DNA from: Isoptericola halotolerans
Lineage (GTDB): Bacteria; Actinomycetota; Actinomycetes; Actinomycetales; Cellulomonadaceae
Assembly: GCF_013149785.1 (NCBI RefSeq)
Contig: NZ_JABEZU010000002.1
Coordinates: 248,001 to 312,000 of the forward strand
Direction: 5' to 3'
DNA: 64,000 bases
The notes below the pieces were generated by a model. That model saw only the letters and a program-made list of their open reading frames with translations, had not been told where the DNA came from and searched no databases. This document shows, one piece after another, positions 18,799-29,912 of this stretch. Every line of letters starts with the position of its first letter. Position 1 is the stretch's first letter. Made by a program: the position numbers and the translations under genes.

Positions 18799-19397
18799 CC
18801 ACCGTGGTGCTGGCCGACGACGAGGCGCTGCTGCGCCGGGCGCTCGCCTCGCTGCTCCCGCTGGAGGGTGACGTCACCGTCCTGGCGGAGGCCGCCGACG
18901 GCGCGGAGGCGGTCGAGGCGACCGTCGCCCACCGGCCGGACGTCCTGGTCGTCGACCTCGAGATGCCCGGCGTCGACGGCCTGGAGGCCGTCGCCGAGAT
19001 CCGTCGTGTCCTGCCCGACCAGGTGGTGCTCATGCTCACCCGCCACGCCCGCCCGGGGGTGCTGCGCCAGGCGTTGAAGCTCGGTGTGCAGGGTTTCGTG
19101 AGCAAGTCGGCCGAGCCGTCCCACATCGCCTCGGTCGTCGCCGCCCTCCACGCCGGGAAGCGCTGGATCGACCAGGACGTCTCGGCCGCTGCGCTCATCG
19201 ACGACGTGCCGCTGACGGACCGCGAGCTCGACGTGCTCCGGGTGACGCGCGACGGCTACTCGGTCGCCGAGATCGCCGACCGCCTGTACCTCGCCCAGGG
19301 CACGGTGCGCAACTACCTGTCCAACGCCATGCAGAAGACCCAGACCCGCACCCGGCACGAGGCCGCCCGCTACGCGTGGGAGCACGGCTGGCTGTGA
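18795..19397 (+). CDS. NarL/LuxR (DesR-like) response regulator
   Basis: ADD, DLEMPGVDG, LTDRELDVL, GTVRNYLS. Confidence 0.92.
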   Translation: MTTVVLADDEALLRRALASLLPLEGDVTVLAEAADGAEAVEATVAHRPDVLVVDLEMPGVDGLEAVAEIRRVLPDQVVLMLTRHARPGVLRQALKLGVQGFVSKSAEPSHIASVVAALHAGKRWIDQDVSAAALIDDVPLTDRELDVLRVTRDGYSVAEIADRLYLAQGTVRNYLSNAMQKTQTRTRHEAARYAWEHGWL

Positions 19398-19419
19398 GCG
19401 GCCGGCCACCGGCAGCGTC

Positions 19420-20481
19420 TCAGGGCCGCAGCAGCACCTTCGTCGAGCGGCGTTCGTCCATCGCGGCGTAGGCGTCGGCGACGTCGGCCAGAGGCATCTC
19501 GGCGTCGAAGACCTTCCCCGGGGTGATCGCCCCCGACAGGACGTCGTCGAGCAGCGTGGCCATGTGCGCCCGGGCGGGCGCCATGCCGCCACCCACGGTG
19601 ATGTTCCGGCCGAAGAGCTTGCCGATCGGGACCCGGGAACCGCCGTGCGGGACACCGACGAACCCGACGCGACCGCCGCCCCGGACCGACCCGAGCGCCT
19701 GGGCCATCGACTCCTCGGTGCCCACGCACTCCAGCGCCGCGTCCGCGAGGTCGCCGCCGAGCAGCTCCTGCAGGGCGGCCACGCCGTCGTCGCCGCGCTC
19801 GGCCACGACGTCGGTCGCGCCGAGCTCGCGGGCCAGCGCGGCCCGGTCCGGGTGCCGGGAGAAGGCGACCACCCGCTCGGCTCCGAGACGACGGGCGGCG
19901 ACGACCCCGCACAGCCCGACGGCGCCGTCCCCGATCACGGCGACCGTGTCCCCGGGTCCGACGCCGGCCGAGACAGCCGCGTGGTGGCCGGTGGACATCA
20001 CGTCCGCCAGGGTCAGCAGGTGCGGTACGAGCCCTGCGGCCTCGAGCTCCTCCTCGCGGCGGCCCACCGGGAAGAGGGAGTGCTGCGCCAGGGGGATCCG
20101 CACCCGCTCGCTCTGCGCGCCGTCGACGGGGATCCCGTCCCGGTCGGTCGAGCCGAAGCCGGTCACCAGGTCGCAGGCCGACGGGTATCCGGCCCGGCAG
20201 GACTGGCAGCGCCCGCAGCTCAGCGAGAACGGCACGACGACGAAGTCGCCGGGGGCGGCCGAGGTCACCTCGGCACCCACCTCCTCGACGACGCCGACCA
20301 GCTCGTGGCCGATCGGGTGCGGCTCGCGGGTGGCGGCCACCCCGCGGTAGGGCCACAGGTCCGAGCCGCACACGCAGGCGGCGCTCACCCGGAGCACGGC
20401 GTCGTGCGCGGTGCGCAGCACCGGGTCGGGACGTTCCTCGGCACGGACGTCGCGTTCGGCGTGGATGATCGTGGTGAGCAT
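19420..20481 (-). CDS. zinc-dependent alcohol dehydrogenase
   Basis: CGSD, GHE, CGRCQSC..C, GDGAVG. Confidence 0.9.
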   Translation of the reverse strand: MLTTIIHAERDVRAEERPDPVLRTAHDAVLRVSAACVCGSDLWPYRGVAATREPHPIGHELVGVVEEVGAEVTSAAPGDFVVVPFSLSCGRCQSCRAGYPSACDLVTGFGSTDRDGIPVDGAQSERVRIPLAQHSLFPVGRREEELEAAGLVPHLLTLADVMSTGHHAAVSAGVGPGDTVAVIGDGAVGLCGVVAARRLGAERVVAFSRHPDRAALARELGATDVVAERGDDGVAALQELLGGDLADAALECVGTEESMAQALGSVRGGGRVGFVGVPHGGSRVPIGKLFGRNITVGGGMAPARAHMATLLDDVLSGAITPGKVFDAEMPLADVADAYAAMDERRSTKVLLRP

Positions 20482-20492
20482 GGACCCACCGT

Positions 20493-20529
20493 AGGCCGAC
20501 GACGGCGGGTCTGCCGCCGTCGTCGGCCT
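20493..20529. terminator. 16-bp stem hairpin downstream of metY
   Basis: AGGCCGACGACGGCGG-gtctg-CCGCCGTCGTCGGCCT. Confidence 0.55.
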
Positions 20530-20666
20530 CGTCGTGAGACGTCGTCTCGGCCGAGCCTGCGGCTCCGCTGCGCGCGAGTGCCTCGGTCCGTCGATCGCGA
20601 TCGTCCTGTGCTCGCAGGCTCTCTCCGGACGCTCGCTCGGCCCTCACCCTCCGCTGCACCTCCGTC

Positions 20667-21995
20667 TCAGCCGAGCGTCGCCTTCGCGGCGGTGAAGCCG
20701 AGCTCGAGGTCCGCGAGGATGTCCTCGACGTCCTCGATGCCGACGGCGAGGCGCACCAGCCCGGGCGTCACGCCCGACCACGCCTGCTCCTCGGCGGTGA
20801 GCTGGCTGTGCGTCGTCGAGGCCGGGTGGATCACCAGCGAGCGCACGTCGCCGATGTTCGCCACGTTCGAGTGGAGCTGCAGCGCCGAGACGAAGGCCTG
20901 CCCGGCCTCGGCGCCGCCGTCGAGGTCGAAGGCGAGCACCGCACCCGCACCCCGTGGGGCGTAGCGCTGCTGGGTGGCGTGCCACGGGCTCGACTCCAGG
21001 CCGGCGTAGTGCACGGCGCGGACGTCGTCGCGGGCCTCGAGCCACTCGGCGACCTTCTGGGCGTTGTCCACGTGCCGCTCCACGCGCAGCGACAGGGTCT
21101 CGATGCCCTGGGCGATCTGGAACGCGTTGAACGGCGACAGCGCGGAGCCGAGGTCGCGCAGGAGCTGGACGCGCGCCTTGAGCACGTAGGCGAGGTTGGC
21201 TCCGAGGACGCCGTCCACGCCCAGGTCGCGGGCGTACACGATTCCGTTGTAGGAGGGGTCCGGGGTGTTGAAGCCGGGGAACCGCTCGGGGTACCGGGCG
21301 TAGTCGAAGTTGCCGGAGTCCACGATGACGCCCGCCACGGTGGTGCCGTGCCCGCCCAGGTACTTGGTCGCGGAGTGCACCACGACGTCGGCGCCGTGCT
21401 CGATCGGGCGCACGAGGTACGGGGTCGCCACGGTGTTGTCGACGATCAGGGGGACGCCGGCCGCGTGGGCGGCGTCCGCGACGAGCGCGATGTCGAGGAA
21501 GTCGTTCTTCGGGTTGGGGATGGTCTCGGCGAAGAACGCCTTGGTGTTCTCCCGCACGGCGGCGGCCCACGCGTCGGCGTCGTCGGCGGCCTCGACGAAG
21601 GTGGTCTCGATGCCGAGCCGGGGCAGGGTGTGCTTGAGGAGGTTGTAGGTACCGCCGTACAGGCTGGCGCTGGCCACGACGTGGTCGCCGGCGCCGGCGA
21701 GGTTGAGGATCGCGAAGGTCTCGGCGGCCTGGCCGGAGGAGAGCAGGAGGGCTCCCACGCCGCCCTCCAGGTCGGCGATGCGGTTCTCCACGACCTCCTG
21801 GGTCGGGTTGTTGATCCGGGTGTAGATGGGGCCGAGCTCGGCCAGCGCGAAGCGCTTGGCGGCGGTCTCCGCGTCGGGGAAGACGAACGAGGTCGTCTGG
21901 AAGATGGGCAGGGCCCGCGCACCCGTCGTCGGGTCGGGGGACTGGCCGGCATGGATCTGTCGGGTCGCGAACGACCACCGGGGTGCGTCTGTCAT
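20667..21995 (-). CDS. metY: O-acetylhomoserine aminocarboxypropyltransferase (sulfhydrylase)
   Basis: YTRINNPT, SGQAA, DNTVATP, HSATKYLGGHG, NIGDVRSLVIHPASTTH. Confidence 0.93.
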   Translation of the reverse strand: MTDAPRWSFATRQIHAGQSPDPTTGARALPIFQTTSFVFPDAETAAKRFALAELGPIYTRINNPTQEVVENRIADLEGGVGALLLSSGQAAETFAILNLAGAGDHVVASASLYGGTYNLLKHTLPRLGIETTFVEAADDADAWAAAVRENTKAFFAETIPNPKNDFLDIALVADAAHAAGVPLIVDNTVATPYLVRPIEHGADVVVHSATKYLGGHGTTVAGVIVDSGNFDYARYPERFPGFNTPDPSYNGIVYARDLGVDGVLGANLAYVLKARVQLLRDLGSALSPFNAFQIAQGIETLSLRVERHVDNAQKVAEWLEARDDVRAVHYAGLESSPWHATQQRYAPRGAGAVLAFDLDGGAEAGQAFVSALQLHSNVANIGDVRSLVIHPASTTHSQLTAEEQAWSGVTPGLVRLAVGIEDVEDILADLELGFTAAKATLG

Positions 21996-22057
21996 GTCGA
22001 GACCGTACGAGCCTGGTCTCGGTGGGCGGAAGAGGTGATCCAGCCCGTGAGACGACG

Positions 22058-22092
22058 GCGGCCCCCTCACCCGTCGTCGGGGAGGGGGCCGC
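22058..22092 (-). terminator. hairpin downstream of ppa
   Basis: GCGGCCCCCTC ... GAGGGGGCCGC, 12 nt after the ppa stop. Confidence 0.55.
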
Positions 22093-22104
22093 GCGTGCGT
22101 CGCG

Positions 22105-22599
22105 TCAGTGGCTGTAGCCGGAGTCCTTCGCACGCTGGAACGAGCGGACGATCTCCGCCTCGGCGTCCTCGCGGCCGACCCAGTGCGCACCCTCGACCGA
22201 CTTGCCCGGCTCCAGGTCCTTGTAGACCTCGAAGAAGTGCTGGATCTCCAGGCGGTGGAAGTCCGAGACGTCGTCGATGTCCTGGCGCCATGCCGCGCGC
22301 TGGTCGCCCAGCGGGACGCACAGCACCTTGTCGTCACCGCCGGCCTCGTCGCGCATCCGGAACATGCCGAGGGCCCGGCACTTGATGAGGCAGCCGGGGA
22401 AGGTGGGCTCCTCCAGCAGGACGAGGGCGTCCAGCGGGTCGCCGTCCTCACCGAGAGTTCCCTCGATGAACCCGTAGTCGTCCGGGTAGCGGGTCGAGGT
22501 GAAGAGCATGCGGTCGAGCCGGATGCGTCCCGACTCGTGATCGACCTCGTACTTGTTCCGCTGACCCTTCGGGATCTCGATCGTGACGTCGAACTCCAC
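22105..22599 (-). CDS. ppa: inorganic pyrophosphatase
   Basis: [30 protein letters not shown]. Confidence 0.96.
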   Translation of the reverse strand: MEFDVTIEIPKGQRNKYEVDHESGRIRLDRMLFTSTRYPDDYGFIEGTLGEDGDPLDALVLLEEPTFPGCLIKCRALGMFRMRDEAGGDDKVLCVPLGDQRAAWRQDIDDVSDFHRLEIQHFFEVYKDLEPGKSVEGAHWVGREDAEAEIVRSFQRAKDSGYSH

Positions 22600-22755
22600 T
22601 GTTCCTCCAGTCTCGGGGCGTGCGCGCACCCTAAGTGTGCCACGCGGGCGCCGCGCGGACGCCGCGGCACGGTGCCGCTCAGAGGCGAGGACGTGCGAGA
22701 ATACCGGCGGACGGAACCTGCTTGTGACCAGGTTCACGAGATCGGGGAGGACCGC

Positions 22756-24162
22756 ATGGGGTGGCGGCTCAGGGTCGGCGCCACCGTGACGACGGTCGTG
22801 GCACTCTTCGGAGGCTACCTGGTCGCCGACGCCTACGACGTCGTGCCCGGCATGGTCACCCTCCAACCCGCCCCCGAGCCTGCTGCCCCGTTCCCCACGG
22901 CCCCCGGTGCCGTGGACGGACCGAGCCCCGTCGTCGCCGTCCCCGCGCTGTCGGAGGACGCCCCGGTCCCCTCCGCCTCCGCCGTCGACGACCTCGTCGA
23001 GGATCTCGCCGACGACGACCGGCTCGGCAACCGCGTCGGCGTGATGGTGTCCGACGTCGGCACGGGCGCGACGCTCGGCGCCTCCGGCCAGGACCGGTTC
23101 CTCGTCCCGGCGTCCACGCAGAAGATCCTCACCGCCGTCGCCGCCTACTCCGGCCCGGGTGGCGACACCCGCCTGGTCACCCGCGTCATGCTGCACGGCG
23201 ACAACCAGCTCGTGCTCGTCGGGGGCGGCGACATGATGCTCGCCGCGGGCGACGGCGACCCGGAGGCCGTCAACGGTCGTGCCGGGCTGGGCGACCTCGC
23301 CGACCAGGTGGTGGCGCGCATCGCGCTCACCGGCATCGACACGGTCACCCTCGCCGTCGACGACACGCTGTTCACGGGCCCGGCGATCCCCCCGTCCGTG
23401 CGGGCCAACGACGCCAGGGACGGGTACACCGCCCCCGTGGCCGCGCTCGCCGTCGACATGGCCCGGCTCACCGACGACAAGTACGCGCCCCGTGAGGAGG
23501 ACCCGGCGCTCGCCGCGGGCCGATCCTTCGCCGACGCCCTCGCCGATCGGGGCGTCGAGGTGACGGGCTCGATCGTGCGGCAGACGGCGCCGTCGTCGGC
23601 CACCGAGCTCGGCCGCGTCGAGTCCGCGTCCCTCGGAGAGCTGGTGGGGTACCTGCTGCGGGAGTCCGACAACACGCTCACCGAGGTGGTGGGCCGGCTC
23701 GTCGCGATCGACGCCGGGCTGCCCGGGTCGGGCGAGGCGGCCGTCAGCGAGGTGATGTCCGAGGTCGAGTCGCTCGGCGTGGACCTGTCCGGGGCCGAGC
23801 TGACCGACCTGTCGGGTCTGGGGACGGGGTCGCGGCTGAGCGCGCGCCAGCTCGTCGACACGCTGCTCGTGGCGGCTGCCGACCCGGAGCTGCGCGAGTC
23901 GGTGACGGGTCTGCCGGTCGCCGGGCTCCAGGGCACGCTGAGCGACCGGTTCGGCGGTGACAACCCCGGCCGCGGCTACGCCGAGGCGAAGACCGGCAGC
24001 CTGCCGGACGTCCGTTCGCTCGCCGGCACCGTCGTCACGGCCGACGACCGGCTCCTGGTGTTCGCCGTCACCGCCGACCGGATCCCCGAGGGTGGCTCGT
24101 TCGGGGCCAACCTGATCTTCGACGACTTCGTCGGCGACCTCGCGGACTGCGGCTGCTCCTGA
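22756..24162 (+). CDS. dacB: D-Ala-D-Ala carboxypeptidase/endopeptidase (peptidase S13)
   Basis: PASTQK (SxxK), SDN, KTGSL; N-terminal anchor. Confidence 0.92.
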   Translation: MGWRLRVGATVTTVVALFGGYLVADAYDVVPGMVTLQPAPEPAAPFPTAPGAVDGPSPVVAVPALSEDAPVPSASAVDDLVEDLADDDRLGNRVGVMVSDVGTGATLGASGQDRFLVPASTQKILTAVAAYSGPGGDTRLVTRVMLHGDNQLVLVGGGDMMLAAGDGDPEAVNGRAGLGDLADQVVARIALTGIDTVTLAVDDTLFTGPAIPPSVRANDARDGYTAPVAALAVDMARLTDDKYAPREEDPALAAGRSFADALADRGVEVTGSIVRQTAPSSATELGRVESASLGELVGYLLRESDNTLTEVVGRLVAIDAGLPGSGEAAVSEVMSEVESLGVDLSGAELTDLSGLGTGSRLSARQLVDTLLVAAADPELRESVTGLPVAGLQGTLSDRFGGDNPGRGYAEAKTGSLPDVRSLAGTVVTADDRLLVFAVTADRIPEGGSFGANLIFDDFVGDLADCGCS

Positions 24163-24256
24163 CTCCCCGCCGGTGCCGACCAGGAGGTTGTGCCCGCAAT
24201 CCTCCACCTTTGCGGGACCAGGTTCCTGCTCGGCACCGTGCGGTTACGGTGGACCC

Positions 24257-25384
24257 GTGACCGCACCCAGCACCGCACCCGTCGACTGGGCGACGGCCGC
24301 CCAGATCGCCCGCCGCGTCGGACGCCCCGGACCGGTCGCCTCCCGCGCCGAGCTGGACGACCTGGTCGGCGGGCTGCGCACGGCCGCCCACGACGCCGTC
24401 GGCCACGTGCTGCGGGTCACCCGGATGCGCCCGGCCGGTGACGACGTCGACCTCGAGCACCACCCGGACGGCCGGCTGCGCCGCGTGCGCGCGCCCCGGC
24501 CGGACCTGGGCGACGTCCGCGTCGTCGACCGTGCGACCTGGGCGCTGGCCAACACCCGCTCGATGGCCGCCATGACCGGTCCGGCCTTCGCCGCCCTCAC
24601 CCCGGACGCCCGGCCCGGCGGGTCCGGCGCCGCCCGACTGGCGGGTGCGGCCGAGGTCGGCGGGCTCCTCGCGCTGCTGTCGACCAAGGTGCTCGGCCAG
24701 TTCGACCCGTACGGCGAGGGACGGCCGGTCCTGCTGCTCGTCGCCCCGAACGTCCTGGCCGCCGAACGCGCCCTGCGGCTCGACCCGGCCGACTTCCGGT
24801 TGTGGGTGTGCCTGCACGAGCAGACCCACGCCCTGCAGTTCGCAGCCGCGCCGTGGCTCGCGGAGCACCTGGCCGGTCGGCTCGGGGAGCTCCTGCAGGA
24901 CGTCACCACGACCTCCCTGGACCTGGCGCGCGCTCCCTGGCGTGACAAGGCGGCGCTGGTGGGTCGTACGGTCCTGGACGCCGTCCGCGGCGATCTCACC
25001 ACCCCGCTCGACCCCGTCCTGGGCCCGGAGCAGAAGCGGGTCCTCGCCGAGATCACCGCGGTGATGGCGCTGCTGGAGGGCCACGCCGACGTGATGATGG
25101 ACGCCGTCGGACCGCGGGTCGTCCGCTCGGTCCGCACGATCCGTGCCCGCTTCGAGAAGCGGCGCGACGGGGAAGGCGCGCCGCGGCTCGACGTGGTCCT
25201 GCGTCGGGTGCTCGGCATGGACGCCAAGCTCGCGCAGTACCGCGACGGCGCGGCCTTCGTGCGGGCTGTCGAGAAGGAGGTGGGCCGCGCCGGGCTGAAC
25301 GCCGTCTGGGCGGCCCCGGGCAACCTGCCCGGTCCTCGGGAGATCCACGACCCGCGGGCCTGGGTCCGCCGGGTCCACGGCTAG
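24257..25384 (+). CDS. zincin-like metalloprotease of the dacB-tilS cluster
   Basis: LHEQTH, MALLEGHAD, KLAQY.DG; synteny. Confidence 0.87.
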   Translation: MTAPSTAPVDWATAAQIARRVGRPGPVASRAELDDLVGGLRTAAHDAVGHVLRVTRMRPAGDDVDLEHHPDGRLRRVRAPRPDLGDVRVVDRATWALANTRSMAAMTGPAFAALTPDARPGGSGAARLAGAAEVGGLLALLSTKVLGQFDPYGEGRPVLLLVAPNVLAAERALRLDPADFRLWVCLHEQTHALQFAAAPWLAEHLAGRLGELLQDVTTTSLDLARAPWRDKAALVGRTVLDAVRGDLTTPLDPVLGPEQKRVLAEITAVMALLEGHADVMMDAVGPRVVRSVRTIRARFEKRRDGEGAPRLDVVLRRVLGMDAKLAQYRDGAAFVRAVEKEVGRAGLNAVWAAPGNLPGPREIHDPRAWVRRVHG

Positions 25385-25393
25385 GGAGGTGCG

Positions 25394-26506
25394 GTGGCGG
25401 TGCCTCCCGTCGATCCCGCGCTCGCGGCCGCCCGGACCGCGGTGCGGGCGCAGCTGGCCGACCTGCACCCCGACGACCTCGTCCTCGTCGCCTGCTCGGG
25501 CGGCCCGGACTCCGTGGCGCTCGCCGCCGTGACGTCGTCGGAGGCCCGACGGGTGGGCCGCTCCGTGCGGTCGCGGGGCTACGCCGTACGGGCGGGCGCG
25601 GTCGTCGTCGACCATGCCCTGCAGCCCGGGTCGGCGCGGGTGGCGCAGCGCGCCGCCGAGCAGTGCCGGGGCCTCGGTCTCGACCCGGTGGTGGTGCGCC
25701 GGGTCGAGGTGCGGCAGGGGTCCGACGGTCTCGAGGCCGCCGCCCGGGACGCCCGCTACGCCGCGCTCGAGGAGATCGCCGCCACGACCGGGGCGGCGGC
25801 CGTGCTGCTGGGGCACACCCTGGACGACCAGGCCGAGCAGGTCCTGCTGGGTCTCGCCCGCGGCAGCGGGACCCGGTCGCTCGCGGGCATGCCGGCGCGT
25901 CGCGCCGTCTTCCGGCGACCGCTGCTCGGGCTGCGGCGCGCTCACACGGAGCGGGTGTGCGCCGTCGTCGGCATCGACCCGTGGATCGACCCCACCAACG
26001 ACGGGACGGCGGCCGGCGCGCCGCTGCGGTCGAGGGTGCGCGACCGGCTGCTGCCAGTACTGGGCGACGTGCTCGGCCCGGGCGCCGTCGAGGCGCTCGC
26101 GCGCAGCGCGGACCTCCTGCGTGACGACGCCGACCTGCTCGACCTCCTCGCCGCCGACCTGCTCGCGACCGCGCGCAGCGCCGTCGACCCCGCCGACGTC
26201 GACCCCGCCGAGACCCGCGTCCCCGAGGGCCCGGCCGCCGTCGTGCTGGACGTCACACCGTTGGCCGAGGCCCCCGCGGCACTGCGGCGCAGGGCGCTCC
26301 GGGCAGCGGCGCTGGAGACCGGGTGTCCAGCGGGGACGACGACGGCGCGGCACGTCGACGCGCTCGACGCCCTGGTCGTGCGGTGGCGCGGCCAGGGCGA
26401 GGTGCACCTGCCGGGCGGTGCACGGGGCGTGCGTGCGTGTGGCAGGCTGGTCCTGCGCTCGGGCGGCCGTCCCGGCGCTGCCCCCGCCACGCACCATGAG
26501 GAGTAG
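25394..26506 (+). CDS. tilS: tRNA(Ile)-lysidine synthase
   Basis: [28 protein letters not shown]. Confidence 0.94.
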   Translation: MAVPPVDPALAAARTAVRAQLADLHPDDLVLVACSGGPDSVALAAVTSSEARRVGRSVRSRGYAVRAGAVVVDHALQPGSARVAQRAAEQCRGLGLDPVVVRRVEVRQGSDGLEAAARDARYAALEEIAATTGAAAVLLGHTLDDQAEQVLLGLARGSGTRSLAGMPARRAVFRRPLLGLRRAHTERVCAVVGIDPWIDPTNDGTAAGAPLRSRVRDRLLPVLGDVLGPGAVEALARSADLLRDDADLLDLLAADLLATARSAVDPADVDPAETRVPEGPAAVVLDVTPLAEAPAALRRRALRAAALETGCPAGTTTARHVDALDALVVRWRGQGEVHLPGGARGVRACGRLVLRSGGRPGAAPATHHEE

Positions 26507-26509
26507 CCC

Positions 26510-27061
26510 GTGGACCAGTCGGACGTCGCCGGCGATCTCGCCGACATCCTGCTCACCGAGGAACAGCTCGGGACCAGGCTCGACGAGATGGCCGCCCAGA
26601 TCGACGCGGACTACGCGGGCAAGGACCTGCTCCTGGTCGGCGTGCTCAAGGGCGCCGTCATGGTCATGGCCGACCTGTCGCGGCGCCTGCACCACCCGGT
26701 CGAGATGGACTGGATGGCGGTCTCGTCGTACGGCTCCGGGACGCGGTCCTCGGGCGTGGTGCGCATCCTCAAGGACCTCGACTCGGACCTCTCGGGCCGC
26801 AACGTCCTCATCGCCGAGGACATCATCGACTCGGGCCTGACGCTGTCGTGGCTGGTGCAGAACCTGCGCTCGCGCGGGCCGGCGTCGGTCGAGATCGCGA
26901 CGATGCTCCGCAAGCCGGAAGCGGCGAAGGTCGACGTCGACGTGCGCTACGTCGGCTTCGACATCCCGAACGAGTTCGTCGTCGGCTACGGCCTCGACTA
27001 CGCCGAGAAGTACCGCAACCTGCCGTTCATCGGCACGTTGGCACCGCACGTCTACTCCTGA
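26510..27061 (+). CDS. hpt: hypoxanthine phosphoribosyltransferase
   Basis: [25 protein letters not shown]. Confidence 0.96.
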   Translation: MDQSDVAGDLADILLTEEQLGTRLDEMAAQIDADYAGKDLLLVGVLKGAVMVMADLSRRLHHPVEMDWMAVSSYGSGTRSSGVVRILKDLDSDLSGRNVLIAEDIIDSGLTLSWLVQNLRSRGPASVEIATMLRKPEAAKVDVDVRYVGFDIPNEFVVGYGLDYAEKYRNLPFIGTLAPHVYS

Positions 27062-27172
27062 CGCGTGCTGAGCCCTGCGCGAACACGGCAGGGAGCTCGC
27101 AGGACCGCGGTGTAGTTTCGGTTCTCGTACGATCGCCCGGACGAAGGGAAGCGGGGCAGCGCCCCGTCACGG

Positions 27173-29281
27173 ATGAACCTCAAGAAGATCTTCAGCGGAC
27201 CGATCATCTGGATCGTGCTCGGCCTGGTGCTCGTCGCGCTCGCGTTCTCGGCCTTCACCGGTGACCGCGTCAGCCGGATCGAGACCTCGCAGGGGCTCGA
27301 GCTGCTGCAGGGGGACACGGTCGAGCACGCCCTCATCGTCGACGGTGAGCAGCGGGTCGAGCTCGACCTCACCGAGCCGTACGTCGTCGACGCCGACACC
27401 GACGACGAGGTCGACCACGGCGAGAAGGTCGACTTCTTCTGGGTGGCTCCCCAGGGCGAGGACGTCGTCGCGGCGGTCGAGGGTGCGGACCTGGCCGAGG
27501 GCTACGACACCGACGTGCCGCAGGCCTCCTTCTGGGGCTCGATGCTGTCGTTCCTCATCCCGTTCCTCATCATCCTGGCGATCTTCTGGTTCGTGCTGTC
27601 GCGGATGCAGGGCGGCGGCAACCGCGTCATGGGCTTCGGCAAGTCCAAGGCCAAGCTGATCAGCAAGGACATGCCGCAGGTGACCTTCGCGGACGTGGCC
27701 GGCGTGGACGAGGCCGTCGAGGAGCTGCACGAGATCAAGGAGTTCCTCGCCGAGCCCGACAAGTTCCAGGCCGTCGGGGCGAAGATCCCGAAGGGCGTCC
27801 TGCTGTACGGCCCGCCCGGCACCGGCAAGACGCTGCTCGCGCGCGCCGTCGCGGGCGAGGCCGGCGTGCCGTTCTACACGATCTCCGGGTCCGACTTCGT
27901 CGAGATGTTCGTCGGCGTGGGTGCCTCGCGCGTGCGCGACCTGTTCGAGCAGGCGAAGAACAACGCACCGGCGATCATCTTCGTCGACGAGATCGACGCC
28001 GTCGGCCGCCACCGTGGCGCCGGCATGGGCGGCGGGCACGACGAGCGCGAGCAGACGCTCAACCAGATGCTCGTGGAGATGGACGGGTTCGACGTCAAGA
28101 CGAACGTCATCCTCATCGCTGCCACGAACCGTCCCGACATCCTGGACCCCGCGCTCCTGCGCCCCGGCCGCTTCGACCGGCAGGTCGCCGTGGAGGCGCC
28201 GGACCTCAAGGGCCGCGAGAAGATCCTCCAGGTGCACTCCCAGGGCAAGCCGATGGTGGACGAGATCGACCTCGCCACCGTCGCGCGGCGCACCCCGGGC
28301 TTCACCGGCGCCGACCTGGCCAACGTCCTCAACGAGGCCGCGCTGCTCACCGCGCGCTCCGGCGCCCAGCTCATCGACGACCGCGCGCTCGACGAGGCGA
28401 TCGACCGCGTGATCGCGGGCCCGCAGAAGCGCACCCGCGTCATGAAGGTCAAGGAGCAGAAGATCACCGCGTACCACGAGGGCGGGCACGCCCTGGTGGC
28501 GGCCGCGATGCGGTACACGGACCCGGTCACGAAGGTGACGATCCTGCCGCGCGGCCGCGCCCTCGGCTACACGATGGTCATGCCGACCGAGGACAAGTAC
28601 TCCACGACGCGCAACGAGCTCCTCGACCAGCTCGCCTACGCCATGGGTGGCCGGGTGGCCGAGGAGATCGTCTTCCACGACCCCACCACCGGGGCGAGCA
28701 ACGACATCGAGAAGGCCAGCGCCATCGCCCGCAAGATGGTCACCGAGTACGGCATGAGCGACAAGGTCGGGGCGATCAAGCTGGGGTCCGGTTCCTCCGA
28801 GCCGTTCCTCGGCAAGGACATGGGGCACCAGCGCGACTACTCCGAGGCCGTGGCGGGGACCATCGACCACGAGGTGCGCCGGCTCGTGGAGTCCGCGCAC
28901 GACGAGGCCTGGGAGGTGCTCACCCAGTACCGCGACGTCCTGGACGACCTCGTGCTCCAGCTCCTCGAGAAGGAGACGCTCAACCAGGCCGAGCTCGCCG
29001 AGATCTTCGGCCCGGTGGCCAAGCGTCCTGCGCGCGACGTGTGGCTCTCCAGCGAGCAGCGCACCGTGCACACCCGCGGCCCGGTCATGACCAAGGGTGA
29101 GAAGGCCGCGTACTCGACCAACGGCACCCCCGGTGTGCCGCAGGACGAGGCCGCCGTCGTCGGCAACGTCGAGGCCGAGGAGGCAGCGGCGCGCGACGAC
29201 GTCGGCGGGCGGGTCTCGCGGGCCGCGTCCGGCGAGCGCGAGCGCAGCTCCGACGACGGGACGTCCGAGGAGAGCACGTGA
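27173..29281 (+). CDS. ftsH: ATP-dependent zinc metalloprotease FtsH
   Basis: Two TM spans, [26 protein letters not shown]. Confidence 0.97.
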   Translation: MNLKKIFSGPIIWIVLGLVLVALAFSAFTGDRVSRIETSQGLELLQGDTVEHALIVDGEQRVELDLTEPYVVDADTDDEVDHGEKVDFFWVAPQGEDVVAAVEGADLAEGYDTDVPQASFWGSMLSFLIPFLIILAIFWFVLSRMQGGGNRVMGFGKSKAKLISKDMPQVTFADVAGVDEAVEELHEIKEFLAEPDKFQAVGAKIPKGVLLYGPPGTGKTLLARAVAGEAGVPFYTISGSDFVEMFVGVGASRVRDLFEQAKNNAPAIIFVDEIDAVGRHRGAGMGGGHDEREQTLNQMLVEMDGFDVKTNVILIAATNRPDILDPALLRPGRFDRQVAVEAPDLKGREKILQVHSQGKPMVDEIDLATVARRTPGFTGADLANVLNEAALLTARSGAQLIDDRALDEAIDRVIAGPQKRTRVMKVKEQKITAYHEGGHALVAAAMRYTDPVTKVTILPRGRALGYTMVMPTEDKYSTTRNELLDQLAYAMGGRVAEEIVFHDPTTGASNDIEKASAIARKMVTEYGMSDKVGAIKLGSGSSEPFLGKDMGHQRDYSEAVAGTIDHEVRRLVESAHDEAWEVLTQYRDVLDDLVLQLLEKETLNQAELAEIFGPVAKRPARDVWLSSEQRTVHTRGPVMTKGEKAAYSTNGTPGVPQDEAAVVGNVEAEEAAARDDVGGRVSRAASGERERSSDDGTSEEST

Positions 29282-29907
29282 CCGACGAGGACCTGCCGCT
29301 GAGCGCGGTGACGCTCGGCGTCCGTCCGGCCGCCGACGTACCCGCCTATGACGCCGCCCGCGCCGAGGCCGCGGTGCGCGAGCTGCTCATCGCCGTCGGC
29401 GAGGACCCCGAGCGCGAGGGCCTGCAGGACACCCCGGCGCGGGTCGCCCGCGCCTACCGCGAGATCTTCGCCGGGCTGCACCAGGAGCCCGAGGACGTGC
29501 TGACCACCACCTTCGACCTCGGCCACGAGGAGATGGTGCTGGTCAAGGACATCGAGGTCTACTCGACCTGCGAGCACCACCTGGTCCCGTTCCACGGCGT
29601 CGCGCACGTCGGCTACATCCCGAGCGCCGACGGCCGGATCACCGGCCTGTCGAAGCTGGCACGCCTGGTCGAGGTCTACGCCAAGCGGCCGCAGGTGCAG
29701 GAGCGGCTGACGTCCCAGGTGGCCGACGCCCTGGTCCGCATCCTGGAACCTCGCGGGGTCATCGTCGTCGTCGAGTGCGAGCACCTGTGCATGTCCATGC
29801 GCGGCGTGCGCAAGCCCGGTTCGCGCACCGTCACCTCGGCGGTGCGCGGGGGCATGCAGAACGCCGCCACCCGTGCCGAGGCCATGAGCCTCATCCTGGG
29901 GCGGTAG
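29278..29907 (+). CDS. folE: GTP cyclohydrolase I
   Basis: [30 protein letters not shown]. Confidence 0.96.
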   Translation: MTDEDLPLSAVTLGVRPAADVPAYDAARAEAAVRELLIAVGEDPEREGLQDTPARVARAYREIFAGLHQEPEDVLTTTFDLGHEEMVLVKDIEVYSTCEHHLVPFHGVAHVGYIPSADGRITGLSKLARLVEVYAKRPQVQERLTSQVADALVRILEPRGVIVVVECEHLCMSMRGVRKPGSRTVTSAVRGGMQNAATRAEAMSLILGR

Positions 29908-29912
29908 CGCGG

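Noticed and set aside
12555..20660. Prophage, ICE or transposon interpretation of the accessory block
   Set aside because: No integrase, transposase, phage genes, tRNA or visible att repeats
21996..22104. Expected SAM riboswitch upstream of metY
   Set aside because: No recognisable SAM motif; a -10 sits 6 nt from the ATG, leaving no leader; the hairpin there fits a ppa terminator
24068..29071. Long antisense ORFs (993 aa and 634 aa) and similar ones across the window
   Set aside because: They mirror real genes; GC-rich codon bias removes antisense stops; no motifs
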